IMG/VR virus record: IMGVR_UViG_3300017971_000064
DNA length: 53,457 nucleotides
Source of the DNA: a virus
Reading direction: 5' to 3' (one strand)
The translations under genes and the position numbers were made by a program. Shown here piece by piece: positions 33,607 through 43,216 of this stretch. Positions within the stretch are counted from its first letter, which is position 1. The number at the start of each line of letters is the position of its first letter. The notes beneath the pieces were generated by a model. That model was not told the DNA's origin. It searched no databases and saw nothing but the letters and a program-made list of their open reading frames with translations.

Positions 33607-33885
33607 TTAGTCTTGTTCGTGCAAGCACATTTCAATAAATGATTTTAGTGCCACTTTCAGTGCTTTAGGATCTTTTGCTTCAAAGGCACGAACCATTTCT
33701 TCTGAAGCGCTGTCTAGACCCATGGAGTATTCTTGCTCGGCTCCGTCTTTCATTGGCTTTTCTTCTAGTCTTTCTGAGATATTTTCATTATCTTCTTTCA
33801 TTTTATCGTAGGAGGATCCGCCGCTCATTTTTTTAAGGATGAGTGCGACCATTCCTTTTTTTCTACCCTCGTCTTTCATCAACAT
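33607..33885 (-). CDS. Small acidic head-associated protein (92 aa)
   Basis: GGAGA RBS upstream. Follows the terminator after the decoration-like gene. Confidence 0.45.
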   Translation of the reverse strand: MLMKDEGRKKGMVALILKKMSGGSSYDKMKEDNENISERLEEKPMKDGAEQEYSMGLDSASEEMVRAFEAKDPKALKVALKSFIEMCLHEQD

Positions 33886-33902
33886 GCTGGGTATCTCCTT
33901 TA

Positions 33903-33932
33903 TTAAAAAGCCCCGTCCGAAGACAGGGCTTT
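33903..33932 (-). terminator. Rho-independent terminator (minus strand) with UUCG tetraloop
   Basis: Minus-strand RNA reads AAAGCCCUGUC-UUCG-GACGGGGCUUU-UUAAU. The one irregular pair is G-U in this orientation but C-A on the other strand. Confidence 0.8.
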
Positions 33933-33936
33933 AAAA

Positions 33937-34290
33937 TTATCTAGCTACGCTAGTGTTTTTAAGAGCAACTTTGATTAGTAGAGTTGATCCGTTTGAAGGA
34001 TCGGTTTCTACTGCAGCAGCTTTACACTGAAACTGAATAGTTTTAGCACTAGCTACGCTTTCTGACTCGATTTGAAAAGTCAAGTCTTCTGCTGAAGCGG
34101 CTAGTTGCATAACGCTAAAGTCTACTAGTGAGTTATAAGCGTCGTCTAAGGTTAGGATGTAAACTCCTGCGCTGTCTCTGGTGATGCTAGCTACGCCAAC
34201 GCTGATGTCTGAATCAAGAGTTGGGGCACCTGAGGCGCCGATTGCTACTTTAGCGTGAAGGTGTTTTACTTCCCTTGTTAGGGCTTGCAT
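33937..34290 (-). CDS. Putative capsid decoration or cement protein (117 aa)
   Basis: Beta-rich small protein in the capsid gene neighbourhood, bracketed by terminators (high-expression unit). Function inferred. Confidence 0.35.
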   Translation of the reverse strand: MQALTREVKHLHAKVAIGASGAPTLDSDISVGVASITRDSAGVYILTLDDAYNSLVDFSVMQLAASAEDLTFQIESESVASAKTIQFQCKAAAVETDPSNGSTLLIKVALKNTSVAR

Positions 34291-34300
34291 TCTTTGAAAT

Positions 34301-34834
34301 CTACGGTTTGCGATAAAAGTCTCCTTTGTTAATCTCGGCGCTTTCGTCCTTTGAGATTTTGTAGTTTATGAACTTAAATTTTTTACCTTTATAGGAATTT
34401 CTCTGACCTGCAGCTACTCTTCCTATTGTTCCTCTTCCAGCGTTGTAAAAATCTTCTGCTTCTATTACTGAAAAAAAGCAAATCTGATCGTCAATACATT
34501 CTATTTTTTTCTTTTGTATCTCTGATATCTTTTTTCTTGTAGAAGCTGCTAATCTTGAATTTTTCCCCCCTGGTTGAATATTGTACCTGGGGTTGTATTT
34601 TTTGATTAGCTCGATTTCTAAACTATTTAACTCTTCTTGAGTACTTGCTGTCTTAAGAACTCTCCAAGTAAAGGCGCTTTTACCGTATTTTGCTATAGAT
34701 CTTATTAATGGCATGTTTGAATCTTTTTTATTCTTTGCCATATTAAAATGCTTGTAAATTCGGTCTTCTATTTTTAAAATAGTTTGCCCTATGTATACTA
34801 GCTTAAAATCTTTATAAAATCCGTAAATGGTCAC
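34301..34834 (-). CDS. GIY-YIG homing endonuclease (free-standing)
   Basis: IYGFY...LVYIGQT, R..KH, and ELIKKYNPRYN motifs. GTG start with AAAGGAGA RBS. AT-rich insert between the capsid protein and decoration-like genes. Confidence 0.85.
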   Translation of the reverse strand: MTIYGFYKDFKLVYIGQTILKIEDRIYKHFNMAKNKKDSNMPLIRSIAKYGKSAFTWRVLKTASTQEELNSLEIELIKKYNPRYNIQPGGKNSRLAASTRKKISEIQKKKIECIDDQICFFSVIEAEDFYNAGRGTIGRVAAGQRNSYKGKKFKFINYKISKDESAEINKGDFYRKP

Positions 34835-34879
34835 CTTATCTCCTTTTGGTCAATTTAGTCTCTGGAGGTTACCCGGAGC

Positions 34880-34910
34880 AAAATATAGAGCGGGAGGTGA
34901 GCCCCGCTCT
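34880..34910 (-). terminator. Stem-loop terminator or attenuator after the major capsid gene
   Basis: 8-bp stem AGAGCGGG / CCCGCTCT (34887..34910) with an 8-nt loop, followed on the minus strand by AUAUUUUG. Confidence 0.55.
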
Positions 34911-34925
34911 ACGTTACGTTAATTA

Positions 34926-36131
34926 CTAGAGGCTAATACGAGCATTAAATCCCGGAGCCCGTGACCCTAGTTGCGCATAATAGCCCACGCGTACTTCAAC
35001 AGCGTCAGCGTTAGACTCTCTCAACATTTTCAATCCGTCAGAATCGAGGATTTTAGGAGCCTTACCTAGAGAGTAAAGTTTCCAGTGTTGAAGAGAAAGC
35101 ATAAAGGCAACGTCTTGAGGACAGTTTTGATCAGGGATAACCTTGATAGGACCACGAGGACCGTGGATCAAGATACCTCTAAAGCCAATTTCAGCGCTAA
35201 CGTGAGAGTCAACGTATTGAACTTTTGATCCAAGAGCCTTTTCAAGTTCAGAGAACTTAGAGTAGCTCATGAAGCAATGATCGGGGCGTCCGCCTTCTCT
35301 AGCTACGCGAGCAGCGGCTTCGATAAGAGCTTCTTCAATAGGAAGAGCTGAACCGTCGAAACGGATACCGGCAAGACGAGTAGCGTCAGCAGAGCGGTCA
35401 ACTCCAAAAAAGCTGTCACCAGAAGTAGGAGCTGAGGCAGGAAGCCAGGCGCTTAGACCTTTAATTTTAAGATCGTAGTCACCTTGTACGAAAACATAGT
35501 CATTAGCAGCTGCACCGGAACCGCCGTCGATAGCTGTAAGAGCGTCGACAGATACGACACCGCTGTCTCTGTTTACACCAGTAATAGTTACATTACCAGA
35601 CTTAACAGAACCGCCGCCGTCAGCAGTTGAGAAAACTAGCTCCATACCAACTTCAAAGTTAGTAACGTCTTCAACGTTAACTAATTGAAAAGAAGTACCG
35701 GTAGAAGAAGCGGAAACTTGTCCGATTGAGCCAGAACCACTACCGTAAAGAGAAATAGCAAGTGAACGAGTAGCGGACTCGATGGCACCGTCGATTTCAG
35801 TAGTAGCGGCTTCCATGAAAGCATTTGAGTTACCTTTTGAAGCTTCGATAGTTTCGTTATCAATAGAAGCCAAAGAGTAGTCTTTGTTTCTGGTCAAAAG
35901 GAAAGCTTTAAATTGAGTGTTAGTCTTGTTAGATTGAGCTGTACTAAAAGTAGCAGATCTACCTTGGGGAATTCCATATTTGATAGGAAGTTTAAGGTTT
36001 TCGCCGCCGAATTGTTCGTACTTAGGGACCATGGCTAGAAGAGGGTTATCTCTGTAAACCATGTTCTCTACTCGGTCAGTTGTGTAGTGTTGCTTAAGGG
36101 CAGCACTAAAGGATGTTAAGTCAAGAGCCAT
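34926..36131 (-). CDS. Major capsid protein (401 aa, presumably HK97 fold)
   Basis: Follows portal and scaffold. Size is typical. Locally elevated GC and codon bias suggest high expression. A terminator follows. Confidence 0.75.
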   Translation of the reverse strand: MALDLTSFSAALKQHYTTDRVENMVYRDNPLLAMVPKYEQFGGENLKLPIKYGIPQGRSATFSTAQSNKTNTQFKAFLLTRNKDYSLASIDNETIEASKGNSNAFMEAATTEIDGAIESATRSLAISLYGSGSGSIGQVSASSTGTSFQLVNVEDVTNFEVGMELVFSTADGGGSVKSGNVTITGVNRDSGVVSVDALTAIDGGSGAAANDYVFVQGDYDLKIKGLSAWLPASAPTSGDSFFGVDRSADATRLAGIRFDGSALPIEEALIEAAARVAREGGRPDHCFMSYSKFSELEKALGSKVQYVDSHVSAEIGFRGILIHGPRGPIKVIPDQNCPQDVAFMLSLQHWKLYSLGKAPKILDSDGLKMLRESNADAVEVRVGYYAQLGSRAPGFNARISL

Positions 36132-36184
36132 TGTGATTCTCCGTAATAAAGTTGAAAGTTAAAGTTTAAAATACAGTAGTTTTC

Positions 36185-37105
36185 TTAGTCGCCCCACCTA
36201 ATAAGCGATGCCGCTTTTAGTTTGGACTCGTCATCTGATAACTTTCGTTCTGCTTTTGGTGACGCGGTAGCAGCGTGCGCGTTCGACAATGTTGGTTGCG
36301 ATTGTCTTTGTTCCGATACTGGCTCTTCTTTTGGTTGTAGTAGGCTTCCTAGCTTTTTACTTGACTTCAATACCTTTTGAAGTTCTTCTTGTAAATAGGC
36401 TTCGACTTGATCGGCTGCTTCTTTTTTGTCAAGAATTCGACCACTGCTGTTATAATGTTCCTCGATGACATCGTATACAAGTTCTATGGCATCATTGGCT
36501 CTGATGAGTTCATAATCATCTCCGCCTTCTGATACGAAGTCTGTGAGTTCATTCATAAAGTTGTTAATTACTTGATTATATTTTTCTTCTTCTCTTGATT
36601 GTTTATCCGTTTCAATCTCTTCTCGAAGTTTTTTAAGTTCGTCTTCGTACTTATTCTCAAGTTCTTCTCTCATAATTTGCATCTGAATGTCTGTGGGAAG
36701 ATTCCCGTCTTCTAGTTGCATTTGAGTTAACTTGTTGTAATCCCACCCATATTTTTCAAGAGCTTTTAGAGGATTTTTTCTAAGAAGGCGATCAATAGGC
36801 TCTTCTTCGGGCTCTTTTGGCTGAGATTGTTCTTCAAGTGCCTTAAATTTAGCTTCAAGGTCTTGATATCTTTGTTCCATTTCTGCTTCTCGTGCTCTAA
36901 GTGCTTTTTCTTTTCTACTTAGGGCTGCAAATTTAGAAGCAAACTCGTCGTTTTTTTCTACTTCTTGCTGAGGCTCTTCAAGTTGTTGATTTTCCTCGGC
37001 ATTTTGACCTTCTTCAACTGCTTTTTCGTTCATTGCAGTTTCTAAGGCTTCGTTTGATACAGTATTTTCTGACGCTGCTCCGTCATTTGATGAAAACTGG
37101 TCCAT
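36185..37105 (-). CDS. Scaffolding protein (306 aa)
   Basis: Very acidic, Glu/Gln/Lys-rich coiled-coil protein between portal and capsid genes. Confidence 0.65.
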   Translation of the reverse strand: MDQFSSNDGAASENTVSNEALETAMNEKAVEEGQNAEENQQLEEPQQEVEKNDEFASKFAALSRKEKALRAREAEMEQRYQDLEAKFKALEEQSQPKEPEEEPIDRLLRKNPLKALEKYGWDYNKLTQMQLEDGNLPTDIQMQIMREELENKYEDELKKLREEIETDKQSREEEKYNQVINNFMNELTDFVSEGGDDYELIRANDAIELVYDVIEEHYNSSGRILDKKEAADQVEAYLQEELQKVLKSSKKLGSLLQPKEEPVSEQRQSQPTLSNAHAATASPKAERKLSDDESKLKAASLIRWGD

Positions 37106-37170
37106 TCATTTCTCCTATGTTATTACTCGTATGGAAACTAGGTTTCCGAACGTTATACGTCCAATTATGT

Positions 37171-39063
37171 TTACGCGTTTTCTATACCTTCTGGCAGCTC
37201 TTCTTGTGGAAGTACTTTCTGTGGCATAACTTCTGCTGGTGTTGGTGCAGTTGTTTCTGGCATAGGTGCGTTTGGTGCAATTTCTGGCATTTGTGGCTGC
37301 TGAGATCTTAGTATCAGATCGTTCGCATCTTCAATCCAACGTCTTAGAAGTTCTAATGATTCTTCTGGAGCGCTCATTGTCTTGTATTTTAAATATGCTT
37401 GTTGGCACATTTCTATTCCTAATTTAAGATTTTGGTATGGTTCAGGAGTCTCATACTCTTGCTTGTCTACCATTCGTTCAATCATGCGTTGAATGTCGTC
37501 GTACGCTGCGTTTATAAGGTTATATGCGGAGTCTAGATCTGGGAAGTCTAATAGCTTTAGCCCCTGTTCTTTTGAGATAAATCCTGCCTGAAGAAGTTCT
37601 TGGATCTCTGCTAGTCGTCCTGCTGGTGAGCTTGATAGAGCTGATGTTGGGAAGACCTGCATCATGTACTGGTCTTCGGATAAATCAACGTCTTTCCATT
37701 TAATTGTTTCTAGAAATTTTCCGCCTTTGACTTTGGTGGAAAGTTCTTTATTATTTTCGTATAGATCTCTGGCTAAGTCAACTATTATTTCTGCAGCATC
37801 TACGAAGGCTTCTTCATATCTCTGTCCGATACTCATAAAACGTTCGCTTTCAATATCGTTAAACTCTCTAAGAGCTTTACCACTTTCTAAGCCTCCTGGC
37901 TTTTTTGATTGTGCTGATAGTTGGGAAATTCCTGCTACCTCGTACGCTCTTTGGTACAATCGATCTAGGTGCATGAATAGGTCTTGGGGCACTGCGGATA
38001 CCGATTCGTAGGAGGGCTTCTGCCCGGCGTATTTGATAATTCCTCCAATTTTATTATTTAGGTGAGCACTAACTACTTTTGATCCTGCTTCTACAAATAC
38101 TTTGGGAACACTGGTCAGGTGCATAGATACTTGAATTGTTCTTAAAATCTTATTTATTTCTAATTGAATCCCTTGCAGTTGTTCGGGAAGTCCTTGTCCA
38201 AAAAATCCAATAGGTTTAGTATTCCATCTAAAAAATACAAAGGGAAAATATTTTTTATTCCAAGGTTCCGCGAATAAAGTCCTATTTGGAATAGAGATGG
38301 TGTGCATGCCGTCATGTTTTTTATTTACGTTGCCGCTGGGTAGGTGCCAAGATTCTACTACCATGATCATCTGCTTATCTCGGGTTCCTCTGGATTGGCT
38401 GTATACAGATTCTGCGTCTACGGAGGCGTCAATTTCGGCGTCGTGTCCCGGGAACATCTCTTTGAGTACGTCTTTATGAATGTACTTAACTTGGTGCATT
38501 TGCCGGGGCTTGGCATAGAAGGCTTCTGTATCGTCTACTTTGATTTCGTCTATAAGAACTCGCTCTGCTTTGATTTGACCATTAGATTCGAAAATCTTGA
38601 TGGCTCCCGTGCCAAAGATGCAGGCGTCTGTAAATGCGGTTCTGGCTTGCGCATAAAAGTCTGAACTGTAAAATACTCCCTCAACAAATTTTGTTAGGTT
38701 TTGTGCTTTTCTCTGTAGTGTAAACTCGGCTCCGTCTGTAAGAAAGGTGGGACGAGGTTTATTTTTGCCAATTTTTGAAACTACTGTGTCTACCATGGAT
38801 TGGATGATATTTAATGTTACGCGGTGGCTTACGTGGTTGCTGGTTTCTACTCTAGTGTAGCTGTAGCTGTCGAGTCCATTTAACTCATAATTTCCGTATA
38901 GCCGAGCATGTCTCAAATTATCTGCCGATTTATAGGACTGATTTTTTTCTAGGTAGCCAATGTAGGCGAATACGTCTTTGTGAAGATCTGTTTTAGAGTT
39001 CTTCCACCAGTGCATTCCATTATTTTGTATTGTAGATTCGAAGGAGTCGTAAGATATTGACAT
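37171..39063 (-). CDS. Portal protein (630 aa)
   Basis: Size and position: downstream of large terminase, upstream of scaffold and capsid. No motif independently verified. Confidence 0.7.
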   Translation of the reverse strand: MSISYDSFESTIQNNGMHWWKNSKTDLHKDVFAYIGYLEKNQSYKSADNLRHARLYGNYELNGLDSYSYTRVETSNHVSHRVTLNIIQSMVDTVVSKIGKNKPRPTFLTDGAEFTLQRKAQNLTKFVEGVFYSSDFYAQARTAFTDACIFGTGAIKIFESNGQIKAERVLIDEIKVDDTEAFYAKPRQMHQVKYIHKDVLKEMFPGHDAEIDASVDAESVYSQSRGTRDKQMIMVVESWHLPSGNVNKKHDGMHTISIPNRTLFAEPWNKKYFPFVFFRWNTKPIGFFGQGLPEQLQGIQLEINKILRTIQVSMHLTSVPKVFVEAGSKVVSAHLNNKIGGIIKYAGQKPSYESVSAVPQDLFMHLDRLYQRAYEVAGISQLSAQSKKPGGLESGKALREFNDIESERFMSIGQRYEEAFVDAAEIIVDLARDLYENNKELSTKVKGGKFLETIKWKDVDLSEDQYMMQVFPTSALSSSPAGRLAEIQELLQAGFISKEQGLKLLDFPDLDSAYNLINAAYDDIQRMIERMVDKQEYETPEPYQNLKLGIEMCQQAYLKYKTMSAPEESLELLRRWIEDANDLILRSQQPQMPEIAPNAPMPETTAPTPAEVMPQKVLPQEELPEGIENA

Positions 39064-39073
39064 ATTTTAGTTC

Positions 39074-39322
39074 CTAATTTTTAGCGCTCCAAAAAAGTAA
39101 CTCGTCTAGTTCTTCTGAGTCTTCTTCTTCGGTGTCTGCTAATGTTTCAGTATTTTCTAATTTTGTTTTTTGAGCTTGTATAGCTTGTTCTGATATGATT
39201 TGGTCTTCTACGAATGCTAATTCAGACAATTCTATCGATATGTCTTTGAAATTAAACGATTTTACCTTGGTAGACTTGCACCATATTATGAAATCCTTTA
39301 ATTCCTCTGTATTTTTAAACAT
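39074..39322 (-). CDS. Small acidic protein (82 aa) between terminase and portal; start revised
   Basis: ATG at 39322 has GGAGAG 5 nt upstream. The ORF-track start at 39418 would overlap terminase by 29 nt. Confidence 0.45.
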   Translation of the reverse strand: MFKNTEELKDFIIWCKSTKVKSFNFKDISIELSELAFVEDQIISEQAIQAQKTKLENTETLADTEEEDSEELDELLFWSAKN

Positions 39323-39389
39323 GTAGCTCTCCAGTAATGTTTCTGCGTTTTCTTTGTATATTATATTACAAGTAATATTATTGATCAAG

Positions 39390-40880
39390 TTACCAGTCGA
39401 AGTCATCGAAGCTGGCAAAATCTTTTTCTAGTTCTTGTTCAAAAGCAAAGCCGTCCGGATCTTCTTTCATTCGCTCCATGTCTTCAGCTTCTTTTGCCTC
39501 TAGTTTTTCCATATACTCGTCGGTATTTGCCTTCGGCTCGATTTCAGGACGTTCTGAGATGTAGTGTTTACATTCCCTCCAGCTGTACAAAACTGCGTCA
39601 TTGATATCGGAGTGGTAGGTATCTGAAATCTTTGGTCTATCTGGATTTCTGATCATGGAGTCTTTGTCCCAGGTGACTAGCATGCAGTCTTCGGCAAAGA
39701 GGCTTCCGGTGGGAGCTAATAGTTTTCCAGTTCGTAGATCATCATTTAGTAATTCAATAAATTCTATTTTTCGGTGCTTTTCGGCGGCTTCCATGTGCAG
39801 TCCGTGACGCTGTCTAATTTCTTCTTGTATTTTTTTCCCTAAGGCTCCGGCGTCCATTACAATTTTTACTGGCTCATATTCGGCTTTCATTCTTTTTACA
39901 ACTTTTACAAGCTCTGTAATATTTTGTTTATTTTTGACGTATTCGTCTACTATATATACTTTCTTATCCCAGGAGTTATATCCTAATACGGCTACAGCAT
40001 CACTGTCGTTGTACCCTACATCGACTCCCATAATGTAGGTCCACGTGCCTTCTTTAGGCAGTTGTTTATAGACATTTTTCTTTTTATTAAATTTAAATAC
40101 TAGAATGTCCGTGTCTTCAACCCATTTGCCGTAGGTTTCTCGAATATATGAAGGATCGTTTTTATCGATTCCCCGCATTACTCGCTCTTCTGCCAGCGTC
40201 TCCTCTAGGTCCATTCCTCTCTCTGGATCGTGCATGTGTGGATTATCAAAGGCAGTCCAGTGGTGGTTGTCCCAGTTAGGGGAGGTAGAGTATTCGTGGA
40301 AGGTTCCTGCCATTACTGGACCCGGAGTTCCTGTTAGATACAGTTCTCCTTTTAGGTCTCGCAAGGCGGGGATGATGACGTCATTTATAAGTTCTTTTAT
40401 GTAGGTTCGAAAGGATTGGGCTTCGTCGATGTAGCATTTTCTTATTTTCCAGCCTCTGTACTTTTCAATCTCCATTCGGTCTTTTGCACCGGATATATAA
40501 ATTTTGGATTTGTTAGGAAAGGTAATTATGAGCCTAGAATTGTCTGTTTTACACTCTATTTTGTACTCGTCGATCATCCTGATTAGATCGGACCAAATAA
40601 TGGCTCTAGCTGCTTGTTGAGTAATTGTTATGTATAGGAGGTTTACCGCTTCCTCTGACATGGCGGTGTCTAGCATGTCTGCTACGATTCCCAGAGTCTT
40701 GCCCGCCCTTCTTGAACAAACTGCTGTTTTAAACCTTTTATTAGAGGATCGAAAGAATTTTTGTTGCGCCGAAAATGTGAAGTCATCAAAGGAAAAAGCA
40801 GGAAGTTCTTGCCGTTCCTGCCTTTTCTTAAGCTCTTCTATAATAGCTAGTCTATTTGGTACGCTATCTTTTTTTGCCAT
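39390..40880 (-). CDS. Terminase large subunit
   Basis: ATPase motifs CSRRAGKT (Walker A-like), CYIDEAQSF (Walker B) and LTGTPG (coupling). C-terminal RNase H-like nuclease MGVDVGYNDSDAVAVLGY. Confidence 0.9.
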   Translation of the reverse strand: MAKKDSVPNRLAIIEELKKRQERQELPAFSFDDFTFSAQQKFFRSSNKRFKTAVCSRRAGKTLGIVADMLDTAMSEEAVNLLYITITQQAARAIIWSDLIRMIDEYKIECKTDNSRLIITFPNKSKIYISGAKDRMEIEKYRGWKIRKCYIDEAQSFRTYIKELINDVIIPALRDLKGELYLTGTPGPVMAGTFHEYSTSPNWDNHHWTAFDNPHMHDPERGMDLEETLAEERVMRGIDKNDPSYIRETYGKWVEDTDILVFKFNKKKNVYKQLPKEGTWTYIMGVDVGYNDSDAVAVLGYNSWDKKVYIVDEYVKNKQNITELVKVVKRMKAEYEPVKIVMDAGALGKKIQEEIRQRHGLHMEAAEKHRKIEFIELLNDDLRTGKLLAPTGSLFAEDCMLVTWDKDSMIRNPDRPKISDTYHSDINDAVLYSWRECKHYISERPEIEPKANTDEYMEKLEAKEAEDMERMKEDPDGFAFEQELEKDFASFDDFDW

Positions 40881-41182
40881 TATCTAGGTTTTTTAATCTC
40901 TGCTGCTCTAGTTTTGCTGAGTTTTTCTTTTTCTTCTTTCCTCTGAGCCTCTCTCTTTTTTTGAAGTTTTGAGTCTAGGGAGATCACAGAAATATTAGTA
41001 AGCGGTACTAAGATTCTATCGCTGTCGTTGCTAATTTCGATTACGGATAGTTCCTTTAGGATATTAATCTCTACTGGTCTTCTTCCGTTGATTTCGCTAG
41101 TAGAAAAAAAAGTTTCTACTCTTTTGTCAAAGTGTACGGCTTGGTATGTGCGCACACTTTTTACTGTTAGGTCATTAGACAT
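40880..41182 (-). CDS. Possible terminase small subunit (100 aa); start revised
   Basis: TAATG coupling to the large terminase start. ATG at 41182 is preceded by AGGAGA. Basic C-terminal tail. Function inferred from position only. Confidence 0.35.
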   Translation of the reverse strand: MSNDLTVKSVRTYQAVHFDKRVETFFSTSEINGRRPVEINILKELSVIEISNDSDRILVPLTNISVISLDSKLQKKREAQRKEEKEKLSKTRAAEIKKPR

Positions 41183-41223
41183 AGGTTCTCCTGGGTTACT
41201 TTGGCGATTTACTTTGCCGGTTA

Positions 41224-41931
41224 TTATCTTATTGGGTATGGGTAAAGCGGGCATCCGGACATGCTTACTGTCGCAGACCCGAATAATGTTCTTATTTGAG
41301 ACTTTATTTTTTTCTTTATAAGATCTTTAGAGCATTCAATGTTTACTACTCTGTCAGCCATTCCCTCTTCTACGGCACTTTTTCCGAACGCCCAATACTC
41401 GTCTTTTACTCTTTTTTGGTACTCTTCGATGCTTAGATCCATTCGGTTTGCGTTTCTTTTTTCCATAAATAGGATTACGCTTTTAATATATTTTAGTTGG
41501 GACTCGAGCTCTCCGGTACCGATTTGTCCTGATACTCCTCCTCGTGCTCGGTGTGCCATCATGGTTCCATTTTCTGCGACTAGCCGTTCGCCGGGAAGGG
41601 CTTGTGCGATGGCGTGAGCCATGGATGCGGCAAAGATGGAGATTGTTTTAACGTTCTTAAACATTTTAACAGCCTGAATAAATTGTTCCCCCGCGAATAT
41701 TGATCCTCCTGGAGAATCTAGTACTAGGTAAATAGTTTCGTTTTCATCTACTCTTTTATTTACTAGGATAGTCAACTTTTCTAAGGCATTGGCTACAGAT
41801 CCAGAATCTACTGCGCCTCTAAAGATAAATGTATTCTCTGGAGTTAAATATACTGTCTCTCTTTTTTGTGCTGACGTGGCTGCCGTGATTGCGGTTGCTG
41901 CTAGTAGTAGTCCTAGTAGTAATTTACTCAT
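41224..41931 (-). CDS. ClpP/S49-fold serine peptidase-like protein with N-terminal export signal (236 aa)
   Basis: MSKLLLGLLLAATAITAATSAQ looks like a Sec signal. LVLDSPGGSIFAG, IFAASMAHA (Ser) and MMAHRARGG (His) parallel the ClpP INSPGGSV / AASMG / IHQP motifs. AAGGAG RBS before ATG 41931. Confidence 0.6.
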   Translation of the reverse strand: MSKLLLGLLLAATAITAATSAQKRETVYLTPENTFIFRGAVDSGSVANALEKLTILVNKRVDENETIYLVLDSPGGSIFAGEQFIQAVKMFKNVKTISIFAASMAHAIAQALPGERLVAENGTMMAHRARGGVSGQIGTGELESQLKYIKSVILFMEKRNANRMDLSIEEYQKRVKDEYWAFGKSAVEEGMADRVVNIECSKDLIKKKIKSQIRTLFGSATVSMSGCPLYPYPIR

Positions 41932-42151
41932 TTTTGTCTCCTTCTTCCTTTTGTTCTTGCTCTTGTTTTTCCTCATATAGGTGTTTGGCAAGATCTTGCA
42001 TTTCTTTTAGTTTTACAGATTGTACCCATAACAATCCTATTAGATTCTTTTTAGATAAGCATTTCATCTTTTTTTTAAACTCAAAGAATGCTTCGTCGAA
42101 TTCTTTTACATATTGCTTTTGGTTTTCTGTTAGTTGCACTTTATTTTCCAT
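41924..42151 (-). CDS. Small charged coiled-coil protein (75 aa)
   Basis: Overlaps both neighbours by a few nt (coupled). Confidence 0.45.
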   Translation of the reverse strand: MENKVQLTENQKQYVKEFDEAFFEFKKKMKCLSKKNLIGLLWVQSVKLKEMQDLAKHLYEEKQEQEQKEEGDKNE

Positions 42152-42416
42152 ATTTGCTCCTGGTGTCTTTTATCTTATACGTTAATATTATGCTTAGGAA
42201 TCCTAGGTTTGCCAAGTAATTGAATATTAATGGGAGATCTTTTTTTGGGAGAACATATAGCAGCGTGAGCGCTTCCCCCAGGGTCCATAGTAAAATGAGC
42301 CCCCATGATATTCCCTTTGCATTTTTTTCTTTCCAGCATTTATAAGCTTGTGGCGCTCCACATATTGCAAAGCATGCGGCTCCGAGCCATCCTACGATTT
42401 CTAAACTATTACTCAC
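42141..42416 (-). CDS. SemiSWEET-like PQ-loop membrane protein (91 aa, 3 TM)
   Basis: TM1 IVGWLGAACFAICGAPQAYK carries the Pro-Gln motif, followed by K..NAKGIS, TM2 WGLILLWTLGEALTLLYVL, and TM3 LIFNYLANLGFLSIILTYKIK. Size and topology match bacterial SemiSWEETs. Confidence 0.55.
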   Translation of the reverse strand: MSNSLEIVGWLGAACFAICGAPQAYKCWKEKNAKGISWGLILLWTLGEALTLLYVLPKKDLPLIFNYLANLGFLSIILTYKIKDTRSKYGK

Positions 42417-42663
42417 CTTTTATTTCTTTTACTGGAGGTTCGTAGAACTTAGAATCTTGAAACTTCGCTAGCTCTTCCAGTACCTCGAACTGAACTCGCC
42501 TGAGGGCGAGTAGCGTATTACTGGTTCTACATTTTTTTATTCCGTTTTCGTTTACTGAGTGGTCATTGATTATTTTTTGAGATTCTTCGAATATGCTTTT
42601 AATCAGTACAGAATATTGAAGATGTAGTTTATAAACTAGTTCGTTAGCTTTAGATAACTTCAT
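42409..42663 (-). CDS. Hypothetical protein (84 aa)
   Basis: Coupled overlaps on both sides. No motif. Confidence 0.45.
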   Translation of the reverse strand: MKLSKANELVYKLHLQYSVLIKSIFEESQKIINDHSVNENGIKKCRTSNTLLALRRVQFEVLEELAKFQDSKFYEPPVKEIKGE

Positions 42664-43216
42664 CTACTATTCCGTGTTCTATGCATTCGTCTGCTGTTAG
42701 GTAAAAATTCTTTTTTCGGCAGATATCTCGCCAGTATTCTTTGTCGTGAGTAGAGAACTCTTCCATCCAGGTTGCCCACATATTTTCTTCTCTTTCCATT
42801 TGTTCTATTTCTTCTTTAACATCGCTGTGAGTTCCCCCTATGATGTAGGAGGCTTCATGATGCATAGCCCAAGCATATCTAGATATCCTTCTTTTGTCTC
42901 CTCCTGAGAGAAGTAGTACTGCTGCTGACATTATATGTCCGTATCCTTCCGTTATAATTTGACATTTAGATTTTTTCATCCGCCCTACCATTGCTAGAGC
43001 TTCGTATACGCTTCCTCCTGGACTATTTATTCTAATCGTGATTGCTGCTTTAGATTTTCTTTCCATTTCATTTAGCGCAGCATCTAGATAGTCAAAATCT
43101 CCTTGATCTATTACTCCAGTAACTTGTATAACTCTATCTCTGAGATTGATGCCCTTTTCGAAGCAGTATTCTAATCTCAGAACTTCTTTCTCAAAGTCTT
43201 TATTCTTTTCGCTCAT
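42650..43216 (-). CDS. ClpP/S49-fold serine peptidase-like protein, cytoplasmic (188 aa); start revised
   Basis: IRINSPGGSVYEA, GHIMSAAVLLL (Ser) and AMHHEASYIIGG (His). ATG at 43216 is preceded by GAGGAAG. No signal peptide. Confidence 0.6.
   Translation of the reverse strand: MSEKNKDFEKEVLRLEYCFEKGINLRDRVIQVTGVIDQGDFDYLDAALNEMERKSKAAITIRINSPGGSVYEALAMVGRMKKSKCQIITEGYGHIMSAAVLLLSGGDKRRISRYAWAMHHEASYIIGGTHSDVKEEIEQMEREENMWATWMEEFSTHDKEYWRDICRKKNFYLTADECIEHGIVDEVI

Noticed and set aside
37133-37147. Hairpin GGAAAC-TAG-GTTTCC after the portal gene as a terminator
   Set aside because: Only a 6-bp stem with a 3-nt loop and no U-run on the transcribed strand. Too weak to call.
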